Assembly (NCBI GenBank): GCA_023140175.1 | Contig: JAGLMD010000057.1 | Location: 1-51,144, forward strand | Reading direction: 5' to 3' | DNA: 51,144 nucleotides | From: Nanobdellota archaeon | Lineage (GTDB): Archaea; Nanobdellota; Nanobdellia; Woesearchaeales; WJIZ01 | Shown: positions 28,532 through 39,658 of the stretch, in pieces | How positions within the stretch are numbered: the first letter of the stretch is position 1 | How the letters are laid out: each line of letters begins with the position of its first letter | The notes under the pieces: model-generated | What the model was told of the DNA's origin: nothing | What the model saw: only the letters and a program-made list of their open reading frames with translations | Databases searched by the model: none | Translations under genes and position numbers: made by a program

Positions 28532-28533
28532 TT

Positions 28534-29448
28534 CTAAACAATATAATTTATTAATATAATAACTCCATATCCTGATAAACATCCAGCTGTAAGAAAAGGC
28601 ATAGCAGGATAAAACTTATTCTTATCACCCTTTATAAAAAGAAGGTATAAAGCAATAGTTGTAAAAAAAGGAATTATCAATGTCTTTAAGAATCCAATTA
28701 AAACCGTATTATTCAGCATAAGCCCTTTCATCACCACTCCTGCAAATATCAATGGAAAACCAATATCTCCCCCGCCTAAGATGGCGTTCTTAACCTTGCT
28801 TGTCTTTACTCCAAGTTTAGTAGAAGCAATTTTTTCAATCTTTCCTGTTGATTTGTTGTAAGGAACAGACAATCCGGCAAATACATTCGTTTCTGTGGTA
28901 AATTTTGCCAGTTTAACCATATGTTTGCTTTTCCATACTGCATACATATCATAAATAGAGATTAGTATAAGCAGCATCAAAGCAGAAAAGATATTCATTA
29001 TAGGAACAAAAATCGCAGCCAGGCCGCCATATATGAACAGCTCTGTAAAGTTATGTATCAATATTTTTGGCCTGAATATTTTGAAATATCCTACCACCAT
29101 AGCAAGAACAATAGCCAAACTCTGATGAATAAATGCCGCAAAAGCAATAGTTAAAGTGATAAAGACACTAAGAAAATACCATGCCTTCCATATCCTTATT
29201 TTCCTGAATCTTACTATGATAAGTAGCAGCACAGTGCCCATTAGTATTGCAGCTATTATATACCAGAAAGAGCTGCTTTCTTCAAGGGGCGGCCTTTCAA
29301 TATCAAATGGAAGTTCATTTGCAACTATTTCCCCGGTTTCCTGTGTTTTCTCATAATCAATATACTGGCTCACGATTACTAATCCTATAACCTGGCTCAT
29401 AAAGAATATAGCAACAAGAATAAATATTATTTTCAGATTGTGCTTCAT
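28534..29448 (-). CDS. Presenilin-family intramembrane aspartyl protease
   Basis: YD..AVW, LGGGD, PAMPF motifs; multiple TM segments; likely start MKHN. Confidence 0.92.
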   Translation of the reverse strand: MKHNLKIIFILVAIFFMSQVIGLVIVSQYIDYEKTQETGEIVANELPFDIERPPLEESSSFWYIIAAILMGTVLLLIIVRFRKIRIWKAWYFLSVFITLTIAFAAFIHQSLAIVLAMVVGYFKIFRPKILIHNFTELFIYGGLAAIFVPIMNIFSALMLLILISIYDMYAVWKSKHMVKLAKFTTETNVFAGLSVPYNKSTGKIEKIASTKLGVKTSKVKNAILGGGDIGFPLIFAGVVMKGLMLNNTVLIGFLKTLIIPFFTTIALYLLFIKGDKNKFYPAMPFLTAGCLSGYGVIILINYIV

Positions 29449-29652
29449 AACAATTTTATATAGGGGCGTTTTAAATAACTTATGGAAATCTTTTCTTAAA
29501 AATAACATACCTCCAAAATCAATCCGATTAAAATAGGGGGTTTCTCACGCAGAACCACCAATACTAAATTTACAATTGTCCAAATGAATTAAAAGGACAA
29601 TTAAAGATAGGGGGTTTCACAAAGTGAAATCTTTAGAAGGGAGCGAGAAAAT

Positions 29653-30564
29653 TTATTTACATTTCTCATGTTTAATTTGCTTTTTCTTTTTAGTTAAATC
29701 GAGGTAGTTATCTTTTGAGATAATGGATTTGCCTGTTTTTTGCTCAATCTCTTCCCTAGTATTCTTTGCTATTGTGCCTCCTTCTTTTGCTGAAGTCTTA
29801 CACTCATTCAAACCATTTGAATCCTTTGAAATTGTAATGTCTGTTGTTGCTTTTTCTCCAACCATTGTCAAAATTAATTCCCAATCTGTCATATGATCTC
29901 TAAGATTTTGATTTTTTCGCTTTAAGCTTTTGAATCTCTTATACTCTTTAACTGTCTTGTCGAATGTGGCCTTCGAAACGCTCAGAAATTAAAAAATTTC
30001 TGGCGCACCAAAAACTTTGTTTTTGAGTGTCTCATTTGTGAGTATTGCAAATTCTTTTTCCTCTTGAATGCCTCTGCTTCCCCATTCATCAGTTAAATCC
30101 TGCCTTATCGCTATTCCCCGTAGTCTTTTGTCAATCCATTCTTTAGGATAGCCTTTAAGCTCATAATACTCTTTTACCCTGTCTTGGGCTAATTCAGGAT
30201 TTTCTATCTCATCAATTCTCTCTTTTCCTACCTGAGCAAGCCATTGCTTAAAAGGCTCTGCTTTCCTTGATGGTATTGACTGAATTATTCTGAACATAGA
30301 TTTGGTATTTGCACAGTCTGTAAGCCTTAATTTGCCATCAAGGGCAGGTAATTTCAACTGGTGACATTTTGTCACCGTTTCACTTCCTTCTTCTCTAAGC
30401 CTTTGATTTAGCTTATTCCAGTATTTTCTTGCTTTTTGGTAATCAGCCTGATCTGTTAGAACAGCAGCTATATCTATCACTGAGTAATGCCACTCTTCAT
30501 TATACCATATTCTCCTGATTTTCTTATCCTGAAAAACGATTAAGGATTTATTGTTTGATTTCAT
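29653..30564 (-). pseudogene. BRO-N domain protein interrupted by a 51-nt insert
   Basis: IRRIW..EEW.YSVID, RIIQSIPS.KAEPFKQWLA, then NLRDHMTD.ELI; both ORF halves are in the same frame, separated by one TAA inside the insert. Confidence 0.85.
29979..30029. mobile_element. 51-nt double-hairpin insertion
   Basis: Its removal restores ...LTNEISKATFDKTVKEY...; two internal hairpins. Confidence 0.65.
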
Positions 30565-30567
30565 TTT

Positions 30568-30711
30568 TTATCCAATGTTTTTATTTTTTAATTTTTCTTC
30601 CATCATTATTTCAAACTGACGAGATACTATTAAACCTTTATGTTTACAGTATTTTCTATACTTATCATATAATCTGGATTTGACTTTTAAGGTTACACTT
30701 TTACTTAACAT
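30568..30711 (-). CDS. 47-aa ribbon-helix-helix-like protein (not in ORF track)
   Basis: MLSKSVTLKVKSRLYDKYRKYCKHKGLIVSRQFEIMMEEKLKNKNIG; GGGGGTG SD; ends 3 nt before the BRO start. Confidence 0.7.
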   Translation of the reverse strand: MLSKSVTLKVKSRLYDKYRKYCKHKGLIVSRQFEIMMEEKLKNKNIG

Positions 30712-30968
30712 TTTAACACCCCCTATAATAGAAATATCTAGACATATTTATAAATATTATTTTTCAAAACGATAAAACTCTCTCTATACTTTAACATGAT
30801 GAGCCTTCGGCTTTGATATAACGAACACCCCCCGCTACTTATTCCTGATTGCTCTTACTGGCTAAAATGAGCCGATATATCAACTAAATATTTTACTGCT
30901 TCTGCCTAAACTTCTATAACTTAATTTTTGGCAAAAAATTAAAAATAGTAACAATACTCCATTATAAT

Positions 30969-31421
30969 ATGAAAAATATACATCACATCTGGCTTACTGT
31001 TTATTCAAAACCAGAAGACAATGAATCAGAAATCATTGAAAATCTGAAAAAATTCATCTCTTTTAATTTAGAAAAAGAAAAAGTAAATATAAGCAGAAAA
31101 TCAGCCGCAAGCGTTGAAGAAAGAAAAATAGTAATATTTCAGATACATCTGGAAAAAAGCAGGCATATAAATCAATTTGTTAAAGATATAAACAGCATGC
31201 TAAAGCCAGAACAAAAAGAGCTTCTATTAAACCAAAAAGAATCACGCCTAGACTCAGAAAATCATTTTTTTATAAGATTCGATAAAGACAAATTACTCAA
31301 AGAAAACAAATTCTTTATTACAGACAAAGGAAACTGCTATCATCTGAAGATGTCTATAGCAGCATTTCCTTCAACTAGGGAAAACGCATTGAAGGTTGTG
31401 GAAGCGATTTTTGAGAATTAA
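30969..31421 (+). CDS. Archaeal RNA-binding domain protein (DUF54/PF01877-like)
   Basis: IHHI.L.V....ED, SRLD....FFIRFDK pattern. Confidence 0.7.
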   Translation: MKNIHHIWLTVYSKPEDNESEIIENLKKFISFNLEKEKVNISRKSAASVEERKIVIFQIHLEKSRHINQFVKDINSMLKPEQKELLLNQKESRLDSENHFFIRFDKDKLLKENKFFITDKGNCYHLKMSIAAFPSTRENALKVVEAIFEN

Positions 31422-32109
31422 AATATTTCTTCAAAACATATTTTTTCAAATCAGCATTATGAATAGATGGAACTAATATCTTCTCAAAAGATTTTCCTTC
31501 CTTTTTAGCCATTTCCAGAATATAGATTATTTCTAAATCTTTAGTTAACTCAATTATCTCCTTAAAAAAATTAGCTATAGGCTCTTCCTCAATTCCATTT
31601 TTTCCGGCAATATCTATAGCATCAGATATTACCTTTCCTTCCCTGTCATAATTTTCTATTTTTGGCCTTAATTCTTCTCTGCCAACTAATCCATCCAGGC
31701 CGGGCTGATTTATTTTTATCTGCGCCACATATCCGGCAAGACTTAATCTCTTATAGATATATTCAAGCATTACCCTATCCTGGTCTATTAAATAATTATG
31801 ATCAGCCGCTTCCTTGTTTCTGCATAGCTGGCTTAATGTTCTGATATATGAGTCAGCCACTATTTTCCTAAGATTTACTTCTTTATTGATTTGCTTTTGA
31901 AATCCTACTACCTTCTCTGCATATAAATTCGAACTAAACTCATTATAGGTAGGGACTTCACCAGAAACAGGGATATCAGCTATACTGCCTTTAAACAGCG
32001 GGGATTCAGCTCTTTTGCCCAATCCTTTCACTATAGAGCAGGTATATTGATTTAATACTTCCCGGACAAAATCAAGATCATGAGCTGCATCTTTCTGTGC
32101 ATATTTCAT
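31375..32109 (-). CDS. Chorismate mutase-like protein (eukaryote/AroQ-beta-like architecture)
   Basis: LDFVREVL...SIV..L.KRA; D...L..IYKRL..AGYVAQIK; RE.KVI; II.LTKDLEIIY; adjacent to trp operon. Confidence 0.65.
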   Translation of the reverse strand: MKYAQKDAAHDLDFVREVLNQYTCSIVKGLGKRAESPLFKGSIADIPVSGEVPTYNEFSSNLYAEKVVGFQKQINKEVNLRKIVADSYIRTLSQLCRNKEAADHNYLIDQDRVMLEYIYKRLSLAGYVAQIKINQPGLDGLVGREELRPKIENYDREGKVISDAIDIAGKNGIEEEPIANFFKEIIELTKDLEIIYILEMAKKEGKSFEKILVPSIHNADLKKYVLKKYFNSQKSLPQPSMRFP

Positions 32110-32158
32110 TAAATATCAGAATTCCTATGCGTTTTTATGTCTTTCTAAATAGAACTAA

Positions 32159-32794
32159 CTATTCTTTCAGCCTTTTTATTATCTCATATGCCTTAAGGAC
32201 ATACTCTTCTTTAAGATAAATTAGAAGCTCTGGTGTAGCTGTCAAAAGTTCAGTTATCACCGCATCATTTACAGCCAGTTCCCGGGTAATTGTAGATAAT
32301 ATTCCCCTTGCATCAACTGCTTTATCAGGGAACATAAGGCTTATCTCTGAAATATTGTCTAGCCTGTGCTTCAATTTATACTGTCTGAATATTTCTTTCA
32401 ACTTATCCTCTTTTTTCTGGTCTATAAATACTTTGATCGACGATGACCCCACAACAATCTTCAATGTATCTCCCCTATCATAGTCTGTATGTGCAATAAG
32501 CCTTTGCAGTTTCTGCATTAATTCTTTATCTTTCTCAAAATCTAAAATCAGAATCCTATCCTTTATATTAACTCTAATATCCTTAAAAATCTCCATGCTT
32601 TCTTTTTTAGGTTCTTTAAAATTAAACCTTCTGAGCATCGCAATGACAGCCTCAAGTTGATTATTTTTCGCCACCCCCTTCCTAATAAGATGTCTTGCTA
32701 AGCTTCTCCTGTTAATCAATCCTGCTTGATAACACTTCTCAACTTCAGGATATAAGCTGAGAAACTGCCTAAAGCTTTGTTCTATTTGTGACAT
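32159..32794 (-). CDS. Putative regulator with N-terminal helical domain and C-terminal ACT-like domain
   Basis: GLINRRSLAR..., AVIAMLRR; GILSTITRELA....I.E....PELLIY ACT-like tail; divergent from trpE. Confidence 0.65.
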   Translation of the reverse strand: MSQIEQSFRQFLSLYPEVEKCYQAGLINRRSLARHLIRKGVAKNNQLEAVIAMLRRFNFKEPKKESMEIFKDIRVNIKDRILILDFEKDKELMQKLQRLIAHTDYDRGDTLKIVVGSSSIKVFIDQKKEDKLKEIFRQYKLKHRLDNISEISLMFPDKAVDARGILSTITRELAVNDAVITELLTATPELLIYLKEEYVLKAYEIIKRLKE

Positions 32795-32902
32795 AAAAAT
32801 AACCTATATGCCATTTATTAATAAATCTTTCTAATTATGCCACAATATTTAAATAAGATATATCAACAAATCCATCTTAAAAATAATTATAAGGTAACTA
32901 AA

Positions 32903-34504
32903 ATGCAAAATTTTCAGGATGAAATAAGAAAAGCAAAAAAAGGAGAAATAGTAACCATATACAAAGAATTAGGCTATACTCCTGATCCTGTAGATTACTT
33001 TGCTAAGATATCGGGCTACGGAAAGAAAAAGAACTGCTTGTTATTAGAATCAGCAGATATAATTGCAAAGTACGGTGAAAAAAGCCTGGGCACAGCAGAT
33101 CCATGCTTAAAATTAGTTGGAAAAAAAGAAGAATTTGAGATAATAGCTTTAAATGACCTCGGAATTAAGTTTATCAAAGAGCTGAAAGGCGATTTGAATT
33201 TTTGTGATGAAATAATCTATGAGACCAACTTAATTAAAGGAAGGCTTACTCCTAAGAGAAAGGCTGTAAATGAAAGCGAGCGTTTGAATCTCAAGACACA
33301 TATAGATATAATCAGAAAAGTAGCATTCAAATTCAAACCCGCAAAAAAAGAGTTTATACCTTATGCCGGCCTATTTGGCTCTATAAGCTATGATTTTATT
33401 GACCAATTTGAAGATTTACCAGAAAGCAAAGAAGATATTCTCCAAGATCCCGATTATGAATTGTATTTTGTAGATAATTTATTCTTAATGGATTATAAAA
33501 AGAAAAAAACATTCTTTATAGCAAACGCCCTTATAACAGATGGTGATAAAGAAAAGATATACGAAGAATGTATGAAGAAAATAGGGGTTTATGAGAAAAA
33601 TCTTGATAAAGAGATTACTAATATAAAGAAAAGAGAGCCGGTAAAACAGGAGATTATCTCTGATACATCAAAAGAGGAATTTATTGAAACAGTTAAGAAA
33701 TTAAAAGGGAATATTTTAGCCGGGGATGTATTTCAGGTTGTGCCTTCAAGAACAATAATTACAAACTATAATGCAGAGCCGCTTGATATATACAAAAGCC
33801 TAAGGGATTTAAACCCAAGCCCATATATGTTTTATATAAACAATCAAAACGGCACTTTTCTCGGTGCTTCTCCGGAAATGTTCCTAAAAGTAGAAGGAGA
33901 CAAAGAAAAAATCGTAGAAATAAGGCCTATCGCAGGCACAAAGCCAAGGGGTATAATTAATGGAAAAGTAGATGCTGATCTGGATTCAAGATATGAAGCA
34001 GAGCTTAAGATTGATAAAAAAGAATTGGCAGAGCATACTATGCTGATAGATTTAGCAAGAAATGATGTAGCCAGGATCTCAAAACCCGGGACAAGATATG
34101 TTGACGAGCCATTTATTGTTGAAAAATATTCTCATGTCCAGCATTTAGTAAGTAATGTAAGCGGTGTTTTAAAGGACAACCTGGATGCTTTGCATGCTTA
34201 CCTGGCTTCAATGAATATGGGTACATTGACAGGCGCTCCAAAAGTTGAAGCAATGAAGCTTATAAGGCTGGTTGAGAAAACCAAGCGCGGGTTTTATGGC
34301 GGCGCTGTAGGCTACATCACGCCAAGCAATGACTTTGATTCCTGCATTGTGATAAGGTCAATGAGATTAAAGAATGATAAGGCTTACATAAGGGCAGGTG
34401 CAGGCATTGTATATGATTCAGTCCCGGAAAAGGAATATGATGAAACAGATAAAAAAGCAGGAGCATGTTTAAAAGCAATACAGCTGGCAGGAGGATTAAC
34501 ATGA
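32903..34504 (+). CDS. trpE: Anthranilate synthase component I
   Basis: [51 protein letters not shown]; start MQNF. Confidence 0.95.
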   Translation: MQNFQDEIRKAKKGEIVTIYKELGYTPDPVDYFAKISGYGKKKNCLLLESADIIAKYGEKSLGTADPCLKLVGKKEEFEIIALNDLGIKFIKELKGDLNFCDEIIYETNLIKGRLTPKRKAVNESERLNLKTHIDIIRKVAFKFKPAKKEFIPYAGLFGSISYDFIDQFEDLPESKEDILQDPDYELYFVDNLFLMDYKKKKTFFIANALITDGDKEKIYEECMKKIGVYEKNLDKEITNIKKREPVKQEIISDTSKEEFIETVKKLKGNILAGDVFQVVPSRTIITNYNAEPLDIYKSLRDLNPSPYMFYINNQNGTFLGASPEMFLKVEGDKEKIVEIRPIAGTKPRGIINGKVDADLDSRYEAELKIDKKELAEHTMLIDLARNDVARISKPGTRYVDEPFIVEKYSHVQHLVSNVSGVLKDNLDALHAYLASMNMGTLTGAPKVEAMKLIRLVEKTKRGFYGGAVGYITPSNDFDSCIVIRSMRLKNDKAYIRAGAGIVYDSVPEKEYDETDKKAGACLKAIQLAGGLT

Positions 34505-36087
34505 ACATCCTCTTCATTGATAACTTTGATTCATTTACCTATAACCTTGTAGATGAATTTGAGAAAAGAAACTGTAATGTATTAGTGTATAGGAACAATA
34601 CTGATATTGAGATTATAGATAAAGTAATTCAGAAATTCAAACCCAGGCTTATTGTTATAAGTCCCGGCCCCTCAACCCCTGAAAGAGCGGGAATTTCAGT
34701 AGGCTTAATAAAAAAGTACTATAAGGCAGTACCTATATTTGGTGTATGTCTTGGCTATCAGTGTATAATTGAAGCCTTTAATGGTGTAGTAGAGAAATGT
34801 TCTGAGACTATCCATGGAAAGCCAAGTTTAATAAATCATAATGCAGAAGGAATTTTTAAAGGACTGGAAAATCCTTTTCAGGCAGGCAGGTATCATTCCT
34901 TAATCGGATCAAAGATTCCGGATGAGCTGGAAATCTCTGCAAAAACAGCAGATAAGAATCTGGTGATGGCAGTAAAGCATAAGCAGTATAATCTTGTCGG
35001 TGTTCAATTTCATCCAGAAAGTATTTTAACACCTGCAGGTGGAAAAATCATTGAAAATATTATTGGGGGTTGTAAAATGATCCAGGAAGCAATATCTAAA
35101 TTAGTAGAAAAAAAAGATCTCACTTTAAAAGAAGCAGAAGATGTCATGGACGAAATCATGTCAGGCCAGGCTACAGATGCTCAAATAGCTGGTTTTTTAG
35201 TGGCATTAAGGCTGAAAGGCGAAACAATAGATGAAATCACAGCATGTGCAAAAGTCATGCGTGAAAAAGCCTCAGGAATATCTCCCAAAGTAGAAAAACT
35301 AGTCGATGTTGTAGGAACAGGAGGCGATAATTCCAACACCTTTAATATCTCAACTGCTTCTGCCTTTGTTGTAGCTGGCGCAGGTGTTCCGGTAGCAAAG
35401 CACGGAAATAAATCAGTTTCTTCAAAATCTGGAGCCGCAGATGTTTTAACCTCATTAGGTGTGAATATAATGCTTGAACCAAAGCAAGTTGAGAAATGCA
35501 TAGAAGAAATAGGCATTGGCTTTATGTTTGCTCCCAAATTTCATAGCGCTATGAAATATGCAATTGGCCCCAGAAAAGAGCTAAAATTAAGAACAGTCTT
35601 TAACATATTAGGCCCTTTAACAAATCCAGCTAGTGCAGAACATGAGCTCATGGGTGTTTTTGATGAAAGCCTTACAGAGCCTTTGGCAAAAGTTCTGGCT
35701 AACCTCGGAGTAAAGCATTCCTTAGTTGTTCACGGCTCTGGCATGGACGAAATCACTTTAACAGGCCCGACTAAGATATCAGAATACAAAGATGGTGTTA
35801 TAAAGACATATACTATCAATCCTGAAGATTTCGGTATGGAGATATGCACCAAAGAAGATATAATGGGCGGCACACCAGGGGAAAATAAGGATATTATTCT
35901 AAATATCTTAAAAGGCAGAGAAAAAGGCGCCAAAAGAGACATAGTTGTCCTAAATGCAGCAGCTGCTTTACTGGCTGCAGATGAAGTAGATAGCATCAAA
36001 GAAGGAATTAAAAAAGCCGAAGAAAGCATTGATTCAGGAAAAGCATTAGAAAAATTGGAAAAAATGATAGAATTCACGAACAAATGA
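34501..36087 (+). CDS. trpGD: Bifunctional anthranilate synthase component II / anthranilate phosphoribosyltransferase (TrpG-TrpD)
   Basis: [26 protein letters not shown] then [26 protein letters not shown]. Confidence 0.93.
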   Translation: MNILFIDNFDSFTYNLVDEFEKRNCNVLVYRNNTDIEIIDKVIQKFKPRLIVISPGPSTPERAGISVGLIKKYYKAVPIFGVCLGYQCIIEAFNGVVEKCSETIHGKPSLINHNAEGIFKGLENPFQAGRYHSLIGSKIPDELEISAKTADKNLVMAVKHKQYNLVGVQFHPESILTPAGGKIIENIIGGCKMIQEAISKLVEKKDLTLKEAEDVMDEIMSGQATDAQIAGFLVALRLKGETIDEITACAKVMREKASGISPKVEKLVDVVGTGGDNSNTFNISTASAFVVAGAGVPVAKHGNKSVSSKSGAADVLTSLGVNIMLEPKQVEKCIEEIGIGFMFAPKFHSAMKYAIGPRKELKLRTVFNILGPLTNPASAEHELMGVFDESLTEPLAKVLANLGVKHSLVVHGSGMDEITLTGPTKISEYKDGVIKTYTINPEDFGMEICTKEDIMGGTPGENKDIILNILKGREKGAKRDIVVLNAAAALLAADEVDSIKEGIKKAEESIDSGKALEKLEKMIEFTNK

Positions 36088-37460
36088 TTCTAAATAAAAT
36101 AACTGCCTTTAAGAAGAGAGAAGTAGCTAAAAACAAAAAACTTTTCCCTTTATCTAATTTCAAATCCAGGCTTAAGAAATCAGATAGAGATTTTAAAAAG
36201 GCTGTATCAGAGAACTCTTTAAATTTGATCGCAGAAATAAAAAAAGCCTCTCCTTCTGAAGGCATAATCAATAAAAACTTTAATTTTGAAAAAATTGCCG
36301 AAACATACAGCAAAAACCAGCATGTAAAAGCAATTTCTGTTTTAACAGATGTTAAATTCTTCGCAGGCAGAAAAACACTGATTCATGCAGTAAAAAAATT
36401 CACTGAAAAACCAATTTTAAGAAAGGATTTCATCATTGACAAATACCAGATATATGAATCAAGATTTTATGGCGCAGATGCCCTCTTGCTTATTGCAGGA
36501 ATCCTGACAAAAAAACAGCTTGAGAAATTCATTAAAATAGCAAAGAGATATGATATGGACTGCTTAGTCGAGATTCATAATAAAGAAGAAATAGCAAAGC
36601 TTCCAAATAGCACAGAAATCATCGGTATAAACAACCGTAATCTGGACACATTAAGCATCAATCTAGAAACAACAAATAAACTAGTGAAATTAATCAATAA
36701 AAAACTAAAGAATAAAGTAATTGTCTCAGAGTCAGGAATCAACAGCAGGGCAGACATAAATAAAATCCAGGACAAAGTAAATGCAGTCTTGATTGGCACT
36801 TCATTGATAAAATCAAAAGATATAAACTCAAAGATAAATTCTTTATTTAAGCCAAAAATAAAGATCTGCGGAATAACTAACTTAGAAGATGCTAAAGCTG
36901 CTTCAAAATTAGGGGCAGATTATCTTGGTTTTATTTTCTATAAAAGATCACCCCGTTATATAGGTGAGGACAAGGCAAAAAACATAATAAGCCAAATAAA
37001 AAAATCAAACAAAGATATAAAATTTGCAGGAGTATTTGTCAATGAATCAATTGAAAAAATCAGCAAAATCAAGAAATACAGTAACCTGGACTTTATCCAG
37101 TTTCACGGTGACGAAACTAATGATTTTATCAAAAAACTGAATGAAAAAAATATAATAAAAGCATTCAGGGTAAGAAATAACCAGGATATTAGAGAAATAA
37201 ATAATTCCTTAGCAAAATATGTCCTGTTAGATGCCTATCATAAAAGTTTATACGGTGGAACAGGCAGCACATTCAATTGGGGCATAATGCCTAAAATAAG
37301 AAACAAAAAAATATTTTTGTCAGGCGGCCTAAATCCTGATAATATAAAAAAAGCAGTAAAATTAAATACATATGCAATTGACTTGTCTTCAGGTGTGGAA
37401 AAATCTCCCGGTAAAAAGGATCATAAAAAATTAAAAAAATTATTTAAGAATTTAAAATGA
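36084..37460 (+). CDS. trpCF: Bifunctional indole-3-glycerol-phosphate synthase / PRA isomerase (TrpC-TrpF)
   Basis: [28 protein letters not shown] then KICGIT, QFHGDE, GGTG..F.W, D.SSGVE. Confidence 0.93.
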   Translation: MILNKITAFKKREVAKNKKLFPLSNFKSRLKKSDRDFKKAVSENSLNLIAEIKKASPSEGIINKNFNFEKIAETYSKNQHVKAISVLTDVKFFAGRKTLIHAVKKFTEKPILRKDFIIDKYQIYESRFYGADALLLIAGILTKKQLEKFIKIAKRYDMDCLVEIHNKEEIAKLPNSTEIIGINNRNLDTLSINLETTNKLVKLINKKLKNKVIVSESGINSRADINKIQDKVNAVLIGTSLIKSKDINSKINSLFKPKIKICGITNLEDAKAASKLGADYLGFIFYKRSPRYIGEDKAKNIISQIKKSNKDIKFAGVFVNESIEKISKIKKYSNLDFIQFHGDETNDFIKKLNEKNIIKAFRVRNNQDIREINNSLAKYVLLDAYHKSLYGGTGSTFNWGIMPKIRNKKIFLSGGLNPDNIKKAVKLNTYAIDLSSGVEKSPGKKDHKKLKKLFKNLK

Positions 37461-38641
37461 AAAAAGGCTATTTTGACAAATATGGCGGTGTATATGTTTC
37501 CGAAACACTAATGCCTGCTGTACAGGAATTAGAAAAGGCCTTTAATAAATGCAAAAATGATAAAAAATTTAATAATGAATTAAACAATCTACTCAAAAAT
37601 TATGCCGGAAGGCCGACTCCCCTCTCATTCTGCGAAAGATTATCTAAAAAATTGGGATGCAAAATTTATCTTAAAAGGGAAGATTTGGCGCACACAGGAG
37701 CACACAAGATAAATAATGCACTGGGCCAGGCTCTACTAGCAAAATACATGGGCAAAAAGAGAATAATTGCAGAAACAGGCGCAGGCCAGCATGGTGTTGC
37801 AGCAGCAACAGCCGCAGCTAAACTTGGCCTGGAATGCGAAATATATATGGGCACCATTGATATTGAAAGGCAAAAGCCAAATGTTTTTAGAATGAAGCTC
37901 CTCAGTGCAAAGGTAAATCCTGTTTCTTCAGGCGGCAGGACCTTAAAAGATGCTATTAATGAAGCCTTAAGAGACTGGACAGCCAATGTTAAAACAACAT
38001 ACTATCTATTGGGCTCTGTATTGGGGCCGCATCCATACCCGGAAATGGTTGCTCATTTTCAGAGCATTATTGGAAAAGAGACGAGAAAACAGATCCTGGC
38101 AGCTGAAGGTAAATTGCCTAATGCAATCATAGCATGTGTTGGCGGCGGCTCTAATGCAATCGGAATTTTCAGGGCGTTCTTAAAAGATAAAGATGTAGAT
38201 TTGATTGGCGTAGAAGCAGGCGGACTTGGTATAGAATCAGGAAAACACGCAGCAAGATTTGCAGACCAAAAATTAGGCCGTTTAGGCATTTTGCATGGAA
38301 CAATGACCTATGTCCTGCAGGACAAGTTTGGCCAGATTTATAACACTCATTCAATCTCCGCAGGCCTTGATTATTCTGCAGTCGGCCCAGAACATTCGCA
38401 TTTAAGAGACTTAAAAAGAGCAGCATATACTTTTGCAACAGATAAAGAATGTTTAGAAGCATTCAAATTATTATCTGAAGAAGAAGGCATTATCCCTGCA
38501 CTCGAGTCAGCCCACGCAGTTGCTTATGCCCTTAAATTAGCTAAAAAAATGAATAAAGAAGATATCATAGTCATTAATTTATCCGGAAGAGGGGATAAAG
38601 ACATCTTTGAAGCTGCAAGGCATTTAGGTGTTAAAGTATGA
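37457..38641 (+). CDS. trpB: Tryptophan synthase beta chain
   Basis: [46 protein letters not shown]. Confidence 0.97.
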   Translation: MKKGYFDKYGGVYVSETLMPAVQELEKAFNKCKNDKKFNNELNNLLKNYAGRPTPLSFCERLSKKLGCKIYLKREDLAHTGAHKINNALGQALLAKYMGKKRIIAETGAGQHGVAAATAAAKLGLECEIYMGTIDIERQKPNVFRMKLLSAKVNPVSSGGRTLKDAINEALRDWTANVKTTYYLLGSVLGPHPYPEMVAHFQSIIGKETRKQILAAEGKLPNAIIACVGGGSNAIGIFRAFLKDKDVDLIGVEAGGLGIESGKHAARFADQKLGRLGILHGTMTYVLQDKFGQIYNTHSISAGLDYSAVGPEHSHLRDLKRAAYTFATDKECLEAFKLLSEEEGIIPALESAHAVAYALKLAKKMNKEDIIVINLSGRGDKDIFEAARHLGVKV

Positions 38642-38799
38642 TAATAAGAAAAGCAAAAATAAAAGACATTTCTCATTTATTAGTGCTTTGGGAGGGATTA
38701 ATGCAATATCACAAAGACCTAGATAAAAAAGCCTTTACAACTTGGAAAAAAATGGGTTTTACAGAAGGTGCGAAATCTATATTTAAATCTATAAAATGA
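38638..38799 (+). pseudogene. 53-aa internally deleted GNAT acetyltransferase remnant (not in ORF track)
   Basis: [29 protein letters not shown] fused to KKAFTTWKKMGF...; ATGA overlaps with trpB and trpA. Confidence 0.65.
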
Positions 38800-39593
38800 G
38801 CTACAAAAAAACCTTTTCAGAACTAAAAAAGAAAAAACAAAAAGCATTAATCCCATTCGTAGTAATTGGAGATCCAGACTATGAAACAAGCTTAAGAATA
38901 GTCAGAACAATAGTTGAAGCAGGAGCAGATATTTTAGAGCTGGGCTTTCCATTTTCAGATCCGATTGCAGACGGTCCAATAATACAATCTGCAGATGTAA
39001 GGGCACTAGAAAGCGGGATAAACACAGATAGTTGTCTAAGATTCATTAAAGAAGTAAGAACTTTTACTGATATTCCTATTGGCTTATTAGTTCATTATAA
39101 TCTTATTTACCAGAGAAGAATAGACAAATTCTTTGAAGATTGTAAAGGAGCAGGAGTTACATCAGTTTTAGCAGCAGATGTCCCAATAGAAGAATCTGAT
39201 TTAATAATAAAAGCCGCAAGAAAAAACAATGTTGATACTGTCTTTATTGTAAGCCCCTTAACAGAAGGCAAAAGATTAGAAAAGATTCTAAAAAACTGCA
39301 GAGGCTTTGTTTATATTGTTTCGAGGCTGGGTGTAACTGGAGCAAGAGATGATTTACAGGAATCAACCTTAAGCCTAATCAAAAGAATAAGAACAAAGAC
39401 AAATCTTCCATTATGTGTTGGCTTTGGCATTTCAAAGCCAGAACATGTTAGGGCAGTATTGGAAGCAGGCGCAGATGGCGCAATTGTGGGTTCTGCAATA
39501 GTAAAAATCATTGAAAAAAATCCAGATAATAAAAACAGGATGTTAGGGGAATTAAGATCCTTTGTTGATAACATGAAGGCAGCAACTAAGTAG
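38796..39593 (+). CDS. trpA: Tryptophan synthase alpha chain
   Basis: ELGFPFSDPIADGP.IQ, SR.GVTG, VGFGIS, GAIVGSA. Confidence 0.97.
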   Translation: MSYKKTFSELKKKKQKALIPFVVIGDPDYETSLRIVRTIVEAGADILELGFPFSDPIADGPIIQSADVRALESGINTDSCLRFIKEVRTFTDIPIGLLVHYNLIYQRRIDKFFEDCKGAGVTSVLAADVPIEESDLIIKAARKNNVDTVFIVSPLTEGKRLEKILKNCRGFVYIVSRLGVTGARDDLQESTLSLIKRIRTKTNLPLCVGFGISKPEHVRAVLEAGADGAIVGSAIVKIIEKNPDNKNRMLGELRSFVDNMKAATK

Positions 39594-39658
39594 TTCTTTT
39601 TTATTTATATACCCCTTCTTCAGTAATATTTAAAAAAAGATAGCCTTTCTCTAGAATC

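Noticed and set aside
29989-29991. Stop-codon reassignment or readthrough in the BRO gene
   Set aside because: TAA is a normal stop throughout the window, and this one lies within apparently inserted sequence.
32795-32902. trp attenuator leader peptide
   Set aside because: No short ORF with tandem Trp codons and no terminator/antiterminator stems.
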